64,000 nucleotides of DNA. Origin: Lingula anatina. Taxonomy: Eukaryota > Animalia > Brachiopoda. This document shows positions 1 through 13,939 of the stretch, piece after piece. The notes beneath the pieces were generated by a model. The model had not been told where the DNA came from. It ran no database searches and saw only the letters and a program-made list of their open reading frames with translations. The DNA lies in NCBI GenBank assembly GCA_051362555.1, contig CM120647.1, positions 14,050,651 through 14,114,650 of the forward strand. The letters run 5' to 3'. A program made the position numbers and the translations under genes. Numbering within the stretch: position 1 is the stretch's first letter; every line of letters begins with the position of its first letter.

Positions 1-719
1 AAAGGAATGATAAACAAGCCTGCTGGAAAGAGTTTGTCCGGTTTCAAAATAGGCGTTTTATTATTTTCTCTCTGTCTCCTCCACGATTTAGTGCTTTGTC
101 TTCGTGCCAAGAAATATTTCAAAAAAATAATAATATCATATATACAATCAAAAACTCTAAAACACACCAAATTAATAATATTTTAGACTATTGGCTATTT
201 ATAAAATATAGATGCAGTAATGTTCTTGATGTGTGCGAAATCGACTTTAACGCTTTATGAATTTAACAGTTAAACAAAAACTACATGTATTTATCCGTTT
301 CTTTAGCACCAGACAGTCTCTTTGCGCAAATTACTGTTTTCAGCCTTCATTTCATAAATGACTCATTACACGTGAATATTTACTTACATTGCTGTTCCTA
401 GTTACAGAGAACTGATAATCTAGCGAAGTAATACAACAGGTGTTTTCTGCTTTGAAAGGGATGGATTGGCGAATGGCTATAAATACCAAACTGCGCATGT
501 TCGCGGGACCTTCACAAAGACTCATAATTTGACAATTGCAAGGAGAAATTGTTATCATGCATTATTTCATTATTTTGATAATTTCTTGCAGCTAGCCCCT
601 TATTTTGATCGCTTTGTCTTTATAGTGTATAGTTGCCATGTCCAAGTTGTAACTCGTATATGTATAAAACACGATGACGTCATTCAATTTTAAACTGACA
701 TGAAACAACAAAACACACA

Positions 720-1150
720 TAGTTTACTGTGATAACCTATTCACTTTATTGATGGCATTCTACCAACCTTTCAACAGCATAAGGAAAAGATTAATGGGGC
801 TTACCGGCACTTAACCATTTTTCTGATCTTTGTGACAAAACAGAGAGTTTCTTTTTCCCTTTCGCTTTAGGCAGCAAAAAATAAAATTTGCTATGAGACG
901 CTCCCTAAGCTCTTGACCTCATATCAGCGGCACTGAGCTCCTGACCTCATATATACGCCCACATTAGCGTGCACAGTACGGCCTCAAATGCTGCCAGGAA
1001 GGAAGATTGCGATACGTGTACCAAACACATACTGAGCCCAAAAACTATGTTCTGATAGTTCAAACAAGGTAAAGGTTTGATATTCTCCAGTGAAATATTT
1101 ACATTACACACGGCATGGTTAACTTGTTATCAAAATATTTTGAAAGAAAG
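720..1150 (+). repeat. Diverged paralog of the putative promoter/5'-UTR exon region at ~15990-16400
   Basis: Colinear shared blocks: ttcacttta(t)tgatgg; gcagcaaaaa..tttgctatgagacgc; cttgacctc; tgctgccagg(a/g)aggaag; aaacaag|gtaaa donor (GT at 1069 and at 16332). Confidence 0.7.
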
Positions 1151-1352
1151 GACAGGTTAGCTTTTAATTATTGTTAACGTTGGCGACAGTTTCAAAGCTG
1201 CCGCACGTCTAGGAAAAAAAGACTCTACACACCTGAACATAAGCCAGACAGATATTTTAGTACATTTTGGCGTGTACTAGCACACATAGAGTGTACCATG
1301 AATTTGAGCCACCCACATTGGATCAAATGCCACGCTGACTTGCAAATCACAG

Positions 1353-1655
1353 ATGGATACAACTTTGATACCATGGAAAAATCACATAATTGAAGGCTTG
1401 GATAAAAATAGTCCATACTAGACATCAGGATATAAAATCTCGCCAATTGCCGGGCACTTCATTGAGCGCGATTGTCAGTCCAGCGGCAGCGAGGGTATTG
1501 TGAGGCTCAAGGCAGAAGCTTTCGATTTGACTATACCTGACGTAAACGTAAGAAACAAGGCTGAGGCAGGAGCAAGTGCTAGCTGGAAAGGAAATAGGGT
1601 GAACACAACAGAAGGTGACGTCACCACAATGCGCCTGTCTATTCGTCTGCAAACC
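1353..1655 (+). pseudogene. Possible exon with one in-frame stop (unknown product)
   Basis: cacag|ATG at 1353 and ACC|gtgagt phase-0 donor at 1656. 101 codons (MDTTLIPWKNHIIEGLDKNSPY*TSGYK...AEAGASASWKG...RLQT) with TAG at 1419. Confidence 0.3.
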
Positions 1656-2157
1656 GTGAGTTTTTTTTTTTTTTTTTTTTTAATTAATTGGATTATTTGT
1701 CTGTCTACTCGCTCCTTTATTTATTGATTTTATTAAGTAAACGGTTAACTGCTATAATTTGTATGCTAGAAAATACCAGCTTGCTAAATGCTTTGTTAGC
1801 TGCGTACGTGCCTTTAAATTATGCTCAATGTTCCCTGTCTGTTCCCATACCCTCACCCAAATTAACAAAGTTATTACCCAACAGAATGAACTAAATTTTC
1901 ATCTTTATGACCTTGTTATACAGTAAAAATGTGTGTATGTACTTCCTTAATCTTTTTTACCCTTGTGTCATCTAAAATCGTACACTTCGTAAACTCAGTA
2001 TTTACATTTTGTCCGATTAATCGTTGACCAAGTTGTTATTGCTTTACCAAAGAATCAATGATTTTTGACAAAACGTCAATTCGTAAACATTCTGTGTATT
2101 TTATGTAAGTTGCCTTCCTCACTTCAATTTTTCTCGCCAGTTCAAAGATTTCTCTGA

Positions 2158-4110
2158 TAGTAGGCTTGTTAAGGACCAAAAAATGGCCAAACGCTGCATT
2201 TTGTAGTACAAATGTCTAACTTGGCATAAATGTTCCTTGGGCCAAAAGAAAAATTTTTATCCAAAGAGACGTCCTCTATCGATACATTAATTAGCATAAA
2301 TTATGCAAATTATGTGCCAAAATATATAATATTTCATATTTCCATTAATTTTTGGCCTAGAAACATGTATAGATTATCAAACCTGACTAAATAAGGGACA
2401 AGGAACCCATTTTTGATCATTTGGAAGCAATTGGTGGCCATTTTGTGCCTCAAATCCAAGATGGTCGCCACCCGCCATTTTGAAAGTGGACATAATTTTG
2501 CTATTTTATGTTGAATTTTGAAGCGTTTGGTCTAACTATACTTGATATAAATATCGATTCTTACTATTTTGGGGGTGCAAAAGTCATTTTTGATATTGTT
2601 ATGGTGATAGTAGATGATTTGAAGGAACAAAGAGGGTGTTTTAAGTGCCTACCAAGATATGTGTGAACGCTGCAAAACCATGGATATTAATAACCCGTAT
2701 TCAAATATATCTCAATGCAATTTTTTTGTTATATACCATCGCTATTGGACTATATTATGAGCAAAAAAACACATTTTTACCATTATGGAGGCCATTGTGG
2801 CCGTTTTATCCCTCAAATCCAAGATGGGCATAATTGGGCATAATTCGCTATTTTGAAACTATATGTATTACATCTTTGTAAATGAGTAATAAGTCGTTTT
2901 ATATTATTTTCTGTTGCAGAATACATTATCTGTTTCATGAAATGTGAGTACAAACTATTTTAGCCTCCAAAATCAATATGCATGTAGGCTTAAGTTGTCA
3001 AATAGACTTACATGTGCCATGTAGTCTAATTAGTACAAAATGTTTTATTAAATCCCAAAGAGCTTGAAACAAGCGTCAAAGACCAAAATGGCAAAAAAGG
3101 TAAAGAACACATACTTGGTGCTTTGGAGACAATTGGTAGTCATTTTGATCCTCAAATCCAAGATGGCCGCCAGTCACAATTTTGAAATACGGGTAAGGCA
3201 TAACTCATCAATTTGAAGCTATTGCTCTTACACTAGCATGTTATACATCGTTTCTTATCATTTGTGTTGTAGAAGTCGTGTCTTATCTCTTCTGAGATAT
3301 AATACAAAAAGAAAATATTACAAGGCTCCAACACCAATACAGGCTTACGTCTGCACCTTCGCTTGTATACGTCTTGAAGTCAAATTTGTGCAAAAATATG
3401 TTATATAACAATTATAAAATGGTTTTGCCAGACATAGATTAAGTGCAAGAGACCAGCATGGCTGATTCGACTTTATGGTGACTACTGTTAGCTATTCTGT
3501 TGTTCATAGCCAAGAGCCTGTCACTATTTTAAAATGATGGCATAATTTACCTTTTTGAGCTGTTGGACTTTTATATATGATCGTAATACATCAATTGATA
3601 CTATTTTGGAAGTACGTAATTAATTTCCGGTGTTATTCTGGTGACAGAGGATAATAACAAAGGCATAAGGTATTTTAAGATGATTCCAAGATGAATTTTC
3701 GTGTAGCTGTCATATACTGTAGATGTTTTGTGCTTGTTCGTCCATTGGAAACAATGAGAACTATGTAGTTGTCTTATGGATTTCTATTGGTAGTGAGATG
3801 ACTTGTCTGGCCAAATCATGCTAGGAATGATCACTGGCACTGTCAACTAGGAAAAGAGGTTGCTTCCTCGACTTTTTTGCTTTATCCCTCTTGCCTACCT
3901 GCGCAGCTGCTGCTTTCTAGTTGGTTTTGCAGATTCCTTCTTTTGTGTAAAGATACCACTTTCCTCTGATGCGACATGTTCTCATGCATTGATTTGTTTC
4001 TCTGGAAACTGGATTTTAATATATTGTTTGGCTGCTTCTCATAGGACACTGACAAAACCTCAATTCTTACTGGCTGTTGTCTTATTGGCCTACCAGAGCT
4101 GATCATGCTT

Positions 4111-4173
<63 letters not shown>

Positions 4174-5894
4174 CTGCTGGATGATTTTGCAGAAAGATCT
4201 TGAGCTATTTCAAAGCAAAGTCCATTTGCTTGTCTTTCACGGGCATTTTCGCATCAGTACAACTAACCAAGTTCCATAGTATTATAAGACGACACATATT
4301 TCACCCTTCAAATTTTCTGGACTATATTTAACATGCAAATGCAAGCCCCAGTGACTGGGACATAAATGTACATGTGGCTTTTTGGTTCACATTGACCAGT
4401 AAAAGATTAATAATATAATACCACTATGTATATATATTTATTGCTTACCTTTAAATTATTCAGTGGATGGTCACTTAAGATAAATCTAGATGATATATTG
4501 GAGCATGTGGTTCGGGTTCCACATTTTTGTTAGAGACTCAACGAAACTCATCTTGGAATTTATTTTACAACCTTATATTACGGTACCTTTTTATTATCTT
4601 CTCTCACCAAATTAGCACCGGAAAATTACTTTTGAGCCCCCAGAATAGTACCATTTTACCTAAGACAAGCCCACAGTTTAAAGGTTATAAATTACACCAA
4701 ATTATTAAAATAGCGGCATGCAACCAACACTTGGTTTTGATCAAAATTATGGCTAACAATTATCCTCATGCGGTCAAAGATGTATTATTTTGCTTTAATG
4801 CAGCCATTTTGTTTGCTGACACTTGTTTTATATATCGGGCAAAAGCAGTTTTGCACTAATTGGATTACTAATTGTACATATACCCTGTATTCTGCAGGCC
4901 CATGTGGCGACTGAATCCTATATTTATTTGGAGGCTTATAAAAGTTTCTATTTACATTTTATGAAACCGAAAATGCATTCTGCACCAGGAAATAATCAAA
5001 AATGACGTATGGCACGCTTATGAAGGTGTGATAGTTTCAAAATGGTGAATAATGCTCAATTTGAAAATGGCGTATGAGGGTCATCTTGGATTTGAGGCAC
5101 AAACTTGATGAAACAAATAATGTATTCTGCACAAGAAAATAATATAAAACGACGTATTACTCATTTACAAAGATGTAATACATATAGTTTCAAAATAGCG
5201 AATTATGCCCAATTTCAAAATGGTTTTTGGTGGCCATCTTGGATTTGAGGGACAAAATGGCCACAATGGCCTCCATAATGGTAAAAATGAGTTTTTTTTT
5301 GCTCATAATTTAGTCCATTATGGATAGTATATAACAAAAAATTGCATTGAGATATATTTGAATACGGGTTATCAATATCCATGGTTTTGCAGTCTCCACA
5401 CATATCTTGGTAGGCACTTAAATCACCCTCTTTGTTTCTTCAAATCACCTACTATCACCATAACAATATCAAAAATGACTTTTGCACCCCCAAAATAGTA
5501 GGAATCGATATATATATCAAGTATAGTTATTCCAAACGCTTCAAAATTCAACATAAAATAGCAAAATTATGTCCATTTTCAAAATGGTGGGTGGCGGCCA
5601 TCTTGGATTTGAGGCACAAAATGGCCACCAATTGCTTCCAAATGATCAAAAAAGGGTTCCTTGTCCCTTATTTAGTCAGGTTTGATAATCTACACATGTT
5701 TCTAGGCCAAAAATTAATGGAAATATGAAATATTATATATTTTGGCACATAATTTGCATAATTTATGCTAATTAATGTATCGATAGAGGGCGTCTCTTTG
5801 GTTAAAAAATTTTCTTTTGGCCCAAGGTACATTTATGCCAAGTTAGACATTTGTACTACAAAATGCAGCGTTTGACCTCTTAACAAGCCTACTA
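2158..5894. mobile_element. Non-autonomous long-TIR DNA transposon, Academ-like
   Basis: Termini TAGTAGGCTTGTT...AACAAGCCTACTA; near-identical inverted repeats of ~780 bp (2158-2940 vs ~5107-5894); 3-bp direct flanks TGA on both sides; no recognisable transposase inside. Confidence 0.75.
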
Positions 5895-8800
5895 TGAGAT
5901 TTAAGCAGATTTATGAGAAATGTAGTATTATATGTCCCCGTGAATTTTAGGCTTTTGGGTATGCTAATATGAATAGAATTGCATAATTACTGTTTACAGT
6001 GATGGTTACTCCTATATCCTCTTTTTTAAGTGTAATAAAACCTGAAATCCATGGTGGCCATCACAAAACAAAGTTTATACATATTGCTGTGCTGACTGAA
6101 TATATGTTACATTTTCGTTTCAAAATGCCTCTTTCGCTCTTTCTGATAAACTGAATTAACCTATTAGGCTATTATCTAAATATAAATCATTTCTATTCAT
6201 TAAGATTTCACTGTCAATTAGTTTTCAAAAGATTTTCGGCCAAATGGCCATGACGGTGCAGGTATGAATTTTGCTGCAATAATATTAAACAGTGCAACAA
6301 ACAAATAATTCTAAGATTTGTGCAGTTAATTACAATCAAATATGCCCTTTCTACGCTGCCTTCACGGAAACACTTGTCCATATTTAGTTAAACATTTAGG
6401 ATAAAGGCTTTTTTTTTTTAATTGATGGTATGTCTTGGCTGTAGTCTTTTTTAATGAAGAATGTTCACTGGAAGCCAATTAAGATTTGCTGTTACTTTGA
6501 AGCCGAGTTTTTGTTACAATCTAAGATGGTGTTCATCTATATGAATAAATGGAATAAAACATTTACATGTATATGCCATAACTCAGCTTCAAACTGCTAG
6601 AGAGGTAAAATTATATCCACGTTTTGGAAAAATCAATATATCCACTAACTTCAACTGAATATATAATTTGATTTTTAATAATACTTTACTTAAAATATAA
6701 TTGTATAGAAATGCAAAATTACCATCTATATTTGCCAATTAGTTGCCTCAAAATCAGACTATTTTGTGTCATTCAACTTGCCCAATAGATGGTAAGAGGT
6801 GATCAAATAATTTCAGCCAACTTCCACATGATAATTTAAATATTTGTAGACCATATTGAGTTATCACAAATGTTCACGATCTTGGCTTCATATTATTCAA
6901 ATCCAATACATGAAAAGGTAATAACAAATACAAAAGAATAAAATAATAAATACAGATAGAAAGAAGGCAAATTTGGAGAGCAATATACAATAACTGAAGC
7001 TAGCACAGTAATATATACCAAAGAAAATAACCCAGGATTTGTTGGGGTCATTTTGGATTTCATTTTTTTTTTTTTTTTTGTTCTTAAAATAATAATTATA
7101 GGAATAACAAACACTATAAGAAGTAAAGACTTAATACCATATGCATATCAAAACACTTAACATTTCTCGATCCAATTAAATTTATTACATTTTCAGCATT
7201 AGTTACTAATAGTAAAAACAGGTTTAGAATTCGGCTTAAATTGGCCGCAGTTTTGATATTGCTGCCATCTTGAAAAAAAATCACACCATGTTGGATGTTC
7301 AAAGAATTTTTTGCCATCATACCACACATACAGATGTCTTCATATTTTAAATAAGTTTGCATTATTGTTAAAGTTAATATATTTGAAATGTATGAAATTT
7401 TCTTAGTCACAGAAATGTTAATTTCGAACCCCTGTGTTAGTATGGGAATGGCTGGGTTAATAGTATAGAAAACAAGCAGAAAATGAGATCTTGAGCTGTA
7501 AGCAATATATAATAGTAAATAAAAGTCGCTAAAGGGAGTTTCAGGTTTATAAAATTAATATAAGTAACATTCTTTTGGAATATATTTTCTATCACTTTTT
7601 AGCAAAGGTGAAATATTTTAGATTTTGTTGGTCTCAGAAATGTCAATTTTTAACCCGTGTGTTACCATGACAACGGCTGTAGCACATACACCCACCACCA
7701 GTTTAATGGCAAACAAGCAGAAAATAAAAGCTAAGGACCTAATCTATCAGAAAAACATAGTTAACGCAAATTACTAAAGGGGGGTGGAGGGTTTCGGTAT
7801 TTGGCCCACGGATTTAATGTGTTTTGCAGTATGACGCCTGTAACGGGTGTATGTCTAGCTTTTTACAGGGATAGGTGTTTAGGGTTTCAACGGTTTTAGC
7901 CACACACACATACACACTTATAAAATCATGGTCACCTTAGACTGTAATACCTATCTATCTCTTATCTATAACATTATACCGTGCATCAACATCAAACTTT
8001 AAACGGATAATAACTGTTCGTTTTGGCCAACAATTGAGTTTTCCCGGAGTAAACAACAATTTTCCCATGCTTACCAATGGTTACGATTCCATTTCTATAT
8101 TCAAAGTTAGTCCCTTTTTTTCCTAAAAAAATTCGAGTTATGTTATAATCTCTTAAGTTTATTACAGAGTGTAGCCTTCTATGGAGGTCACGTGCTCTTA
8201 AGACAAGCTCAGATATCATAATAATATGTATAACTGCCGTTTTCGTGGTCAAACAGAATGTATTATATTTCTATGAGTTGTTTACGTTGTTTTGATTGTG
8301 AAAATCGATCTCACGCGAAAAGTTGTTATCCCTATAGTCAGTCACATTTAGAGCTGGAATTATCCATCCTTGTGTTAGCTGACTGTAGAGACAGGCAACA
8401 AGACGGGAATGTTGACGGGTTGAACTAATCTTTATTCTTGCTTTCTAACATCCAATCAACCATGGCGGGTTGAAATCAACCGTGAAACTAAAAGGAAACA
8501 AATAACAAAATAAATAAATGAATTCATGACAACTGTTAGAAACCAGTTAAAATACATGTACTATACCTCAAATGTTCACAATATCTTATCATACAACTTT
8601 ATTATACTCTCTTCTCTATTATCACACTCTACCAATCTGTTAGCTGAGGTTTGCGTGCCTGCAGATAGCACCATGACATTTAAGACATCCTTTAACTAAA
8701 TACGAATGCGTGTTTACCTACACACACACATACATGAACCCACACTGTCATTTAAATAAAGTACATGAAACCTCTTCCGTGCATAATATCTACATGACTG

Positions 8801-8985
8801 CAATTCACAATAACTATTGCATCAGCACTAAGTTCAACTGTTACTATACTATATAGCCTTTGGCAGCTTGATAATACCAAACACTTAATACACACTTGTC
8901 TATCTTCCACATTAATCGTATACAACCTTATAGATTAACATATTATTTCTTGGTTTAAACAAAACACGGACATTAAACACAAATT

Positions 8986-11418
8986 AGAGAGCTTTCGCAC
9001 CTGCACGTTTAGGCGAACGACTACGTTTAGGTCATCATATTTTGCTGTCTAGTGACGTGTACACATACGGTTAGAGAGAACATTATCCGCAGCTAGATTG
9101 CTACCCGTCAATGAAAAACGGTTTGACAAATCAGCATAATTTCATGAAATCAAGCCTTTCAAAGTTGATCGTTTCTCTGCTAAAATCGTATCGGACATTT
9201 TATTTTTGCGGTATATGTAATTCATTTTGTCTCTGTTATTTGTGCCTATGTTTTTGTTACTATTGAAATATAGGTTATACCCGTAAAAATGCATTTTCCC
9301 CTGACCACAAGGCAATCAGAACTGGCCTTCCGCACGCGTGACGGATTGTATTATAAGACTGTTAGGTCATCATCTTGTGAGCAGTTTTTACGAGTACACA
9401 TGCCTTTATAAGTGGTCAATAGACTAGCCGTCTGCACTTGACGCGTAACAAGCAGGATATCCGCGAGGTAAGTGCCGTTTAGTAAGACACTACTAGTAGC
9501 TCGATTTTCTCCATAGTTGACAGGAGACATGTCTCCTAGACTTTTTATGCAAATTTTATGTAGCCTTGTTTCGAAAGTCAAACGGTGTATTTGACTGAAT
9601 GTGTATTTGAATGAATGTGTACTCTGAAATTTTGGGAAGAGAAATATTGATTAATATTAATTGTATCAGCAACAAAACTAACGCTGCATTAATTGGTGAC
9701 ACGATTTTTTCAGCTGAAAATTGCGACAACATGCCGCCAACTAAGAAGCGCCGTACTGATTCATCTGCAGATTAACGTCAGTTACCTGAAAGACACGTTG
9801 GCCTTCGAGAAAGAAAAAAAAGAGCGAGAAGCTAAAATTGAGAAAGACAAACACATGATGGAGATGGTTATATATATGTCTTTGGTTAAAAAGAAAAACT
9901 GAATTGACATACTAGGCTCTTGCTGCCTACAAAATACACATGAGATGAATCTTTGTTAAAACAGTAGTTTTTTCTTCAAGATTTCATCTAAATAAATGTT
10001 TGCTTGCTGTATGAATTTTAGATTTTACTCTTTAATTTTTCATACGCACAATTTACACGTGTACATTTCATGCTAAATAGTTCTCCAGGGTGGGAGGATC
10101 TAGCTGAAAGTACCGACTGGTCTGATTGCCGTACACACAGGTATGGCAGTTGATCAGAAGACCACCTACTAAGTAGTACTTGGCTACAGGAGACAACAGA
10201 ACTTTTAAATTCTTTCGAAAGTCCAGGAAGGCAAAGTTTCGCAATAAGTTTCCGAACTCCCACTCGACGCATATCCGGACAGATGACATTCTCCCATTGA
10301 ATTCTTCTTCTTCGGCACTAAAATTTGCTCCTCTGAAGGGACTCAACAGATACCTTCTAACGGGGTAAGCCGGATCTCCATAAATTGCGTATGGAAGACC
10401 AATCCTATCAGTAAGCTCTCTAGCTTCCATTTGTTCCATCAGTCCATTCAAACGAAGCAGTGCACAATCATGTCTTCGCCCTTCTAGAGGACCATAAAGA
10501 TGCGTAATCAACCCGCTAGGTATCACCACTGATTGAAATTTCAATGCGTGAATGCGCTTGCATTGTATCCATTGTAACATACACGTTGATGGCGTGTTGG
10601 CCTGCTTATAGGACGAACCGTGCCATCCACAAAACCTATGCAGTTTTGCAGCGGCGCACCCTTATATGTATTTTATCAGCATAAATTTGAAGTTGTGCAG
10701 GACCCATCCACGGATTATCCAGTGTATCCAAACGATGATGATGACTGTCATAGAGTAGACCAACAGTGTGATTGATGATCACGGATAAGGTCGATGCAGG
10801 TCGACCAAAAAATCTTTCCAAATCACTCAGTCGATTTGGGTACGAAAATCTCCTTAAAACCATACATAAGGCATCAAGTCCGCTGCACCTGTATCTGTTA
10901 CTTACAATTATCAAAACAGGAAGTCCTAATAACGTCACCAAGCGAAATACATCTTCCTTTTCAAAGCGAAAGTCGTTCAAACACTGATCGTTAGTAAGGG
11001 TACCCAAAGTAAAACTTGGCCATTCAGGATCATAGGTTATTAGCCTTTTCTGACGTCTATCGCGAAGGAGAGCGTATATCAACTCCTCATCATCGTCTTG
11101 AACTGCCATTTGCAGGAGGTCCATGCTGAGGTGTGTGTAATTTTAAGATTTTTTACTCCTATACATGCTTATCATACCTATTCGTTCATGACCCGTGTGC
11201 AGCAAAAATTACCTAACTTGTCCAATGGCGTATGACCTAATTTAACGTCTCTGCTTACAACACGGGAAACATATATCAGCCTACTGTACAATTCGACTAT
11301 CCGTAAAGGCTAACCGGGTCTTTCTGCGAAATCACGAAAAAATAAACGTTGGTCACTTTACGGTTACGGATAGCTAAATGTAGTCGGTCGCCTAAACGTG
11401 CAGTTGCGAAAGCTCTCT
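8986..11418 (-). mobile_element. PIF/Harbinger-superfamily transposon (Pangu-like, ANT-type target duplication)
   Basis: ~45-bp TIRs AGAGAGCTTTCGCAcCTGCACGTTTAGGCGA...; ATT on both flanks; contains a DDE_Tnp_4-type transposase pseudogene. Confidence 0.85.
10068..11124 (-). pseudogene. Harbinger-type DDE transposase (HARBI1/DDE_Tnp_4 family), two frameshifts
   Basis: ORFs 10636-11124 and 10068-10580 join through a third frame reading KGAPLQNCIGFVDGTVRPISRPTRHQRVCYNG. Catalytic motifs GFVDGT, YGDPAY, VEWEF. Frameshifts near 10665 and 10565. Confidence 0.9.
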
Positions 11419-11753
11419 ATTAACTTCCTTGCCACGGATACATTTTACACTCACTGACCTTCTAACAATTACTAAACTTGGGAAACCTGCACTACTAAAT
11501 AACTCAATAACATGAATTCAGCAAAACATTAACATCCAGTAAACCAAGTGTAGACATAAACTTACCATTGACTCCCTTATCTCCTATTAATAGGTCCTGC
11601 TTGTCTATAACTTTCAAAATCTGGACCTGCCTGTCTCTTAAGTTCAAAATGTCTGCTTCACATTGCATGGTAAAGCTAGAAGGTCACGTGACTACATCTG
11701 ACCTATATGTGAATTGTGCTAGTAGTGCTGCTGGCGCATTTTTGCACCTACAC

Positions 11754-12141
11754 TGACCTTGCGAGGAGGTTTATAAGAATGTATTTCTGAAAAACAAGAT
11801 TGGGAAATTCAGTAGTTCAATAAAGAGACAAATCAACTATCACTTTTACCTTGAAACACTTTTATAAATATTTTGATAAGATTCATTACAGTATTGTTGT
11901 CTATTTAATCTTTTCCGGAAGTAATGAACAATAGAACATCAGGATGATTCCCAAGCACAATTAGGAATTAACCGCTTAATGTACTTCAAACAGCGTAAGA
12001 AGTGTTTTGGTAATTTATGAAAAAAAGGGTTTTCAAAATATTACAATTTTTTTCAGAATGTTATAAAAACGCTGATAAAACTCCCCAAATAACGTCATGA
12101 TAAAGTTTTGTAGACACTGTCTTTACTGTTTTTTATTTATT

Positions 12142-12218
<77 letters not shown>

Positions 12219-12906
12219 TTTTTTTTTTTATTTTTATCTGGGACATCATTAGGCATAGAGTGAAAAACACCCATAACGTTACCATAATGTTATTCTATAC
12301 CATTATCAGCATGTAACCATCTGATAAAGTCGTGGAAACTTTATTTATTTACTTAATTTAAATAACCACACGTTACTACAAGGAAGGACACAAAGCGTTC
12401 GAGCAGGCTGCCCCGCACTCACCACGTTTACAAGGGGGATCGAGTGCAAGCCACATTGTTGAGTCTTGTAAGGCCACACTTTTTTTATCTTTATGGATGA
12501 CGTCCTGCGCGCGCACCGATTTTCGTCCGTTCTCCAAAAAAAAAAATTTGCCGGAAAATGCAATCGGCAATTCGACTAATTCCGCAAGCTCCATACTGTC
12601 TTTGTCGACTGCGGAGACATCCGAGTAGTTCCGAGTGCGGAAAATGAGCTTTCTGCGCATGCGTATTATCACCACGTGGAAATATGTCTGCTTTGCCATC
12701 AAATTCATCTCTAGCATTAATTGCAAAATACATGACAATTAAAGTCATAAAGAGAACGGGGCCCGTCGTTTTGGATTGGTTTGCCATTGATATTGGACAT
12801 GGAGATATCACCATTTTACAATTATACGAAAGGCTGGCCGCGGCCAGAGATCATCGCCCGGAAAATTTCAGTGACATTCTGTCCAAAGCAGCACATACCA
12901 GGTTTC

Positions 12907-12957
<51 letters not shown>

Positions 12958-13939
12958 TAGCGAAAAAAGGGTCTACAAGAGCGTCGTGGTATTTGGTGGA
13001 CTGAAGGTCGGACAGGCCACCCGATAGTTGGCTGCTACGTGTGAGTCGAAGTAGACAAAATGGCATCGACCGAAATTACCTTTTTTAGATTTGGTAGTAG
13101 GAAGCATAGGCCTACCTTTGCTTCATTTTTTTTAACAATTCTGTGAAGTGTTTACAATGCTTTAATTTTCTGAGAGTACAAATAAAGACACGCTGTTTAT
13201 TTGATATTTGTTTTATTGATTGCTATACCAACAGAATACATGAAATAACCTTAAACAGATTTGGTAATATGCAGCATATATATTCATGACTTTTTACCTT
13301 TCTACAAAGTAGGCCCTATTCACAATGCTTTAATATTTTGAGAACATGGATAAAGACATGTTGTTGTGTTTCTGTAGTAAATTAGCGTTTCCAGCTGTGT
13401 ACTTAAAACATAACTTTTCTTAAGCAGTTTTCATTTTTTTTTTTTTTTGGACTGTATTTTTTTTTTCGCCCGCTCGCACCGATTTTGGGGTCCCTAGAGG
13501 ATGTCATCCATAAAAATGTAAAGTGTGGCCTAATAAATTTGTCATGGGATCATATGCTGGTGAAGCTAATCACATAGTTAAACGTGCAATACTGCTATGC
13601 ATGTAAAGCATTTTCTACTGTGAGAAGCCTGAAAAGCTAAACATGTGTTCGGCAGCTCCACGCTTTTAGGAGTTCCACGCTTTTAGCAGCTCCATATGTT
13701 TAGCAGCTACACGCGCTTAACCAGGGAAGTGCTTAGCCGAGGTGCTTAGCCTTGTGATAGATTTATTACAGAATCATATACCAGCTAAACTTGTAACACT
13801 GGCAAACGTGTCTAGCACTTTCTTCTGTGAGCAGCTTGAAAAGCTATACGTCTTTAGATTTTACACATATTTTTTTAATACGTTTAGGTGCTAAACGTGT
13901 GTTTTATGTGTTTAAATGATAAACACTGTTTATTCAGTG
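11754..13939 (-). mobile_element. Older copy of a CACTG-ended (CMC/EnSpm-like) non-autonomous element, inverted relative to 13940-14870
   Basis: 11754-12120 is the diverged reverse complement of ~14020-14500. The end at 13939 reads cactgaataaacagtgttt on the - strand, matching the 13940 terminus. Confidence 0.55.
12472..13530. mobile_element. Non-autonomous PIF/Harbinger-type element nested in the CACTG element
   Basis: TIRs GGCCACACTTT..TTTATGGATGAC(G/A)TCCT at both ends; TAA on both flanks. Confidence 0.7.

Noticed and set aside
10068-11124. Domesticated HARBI1 host gene
   Set aside because: It has frameshifts and is bounded by TIRs and a target duplication.
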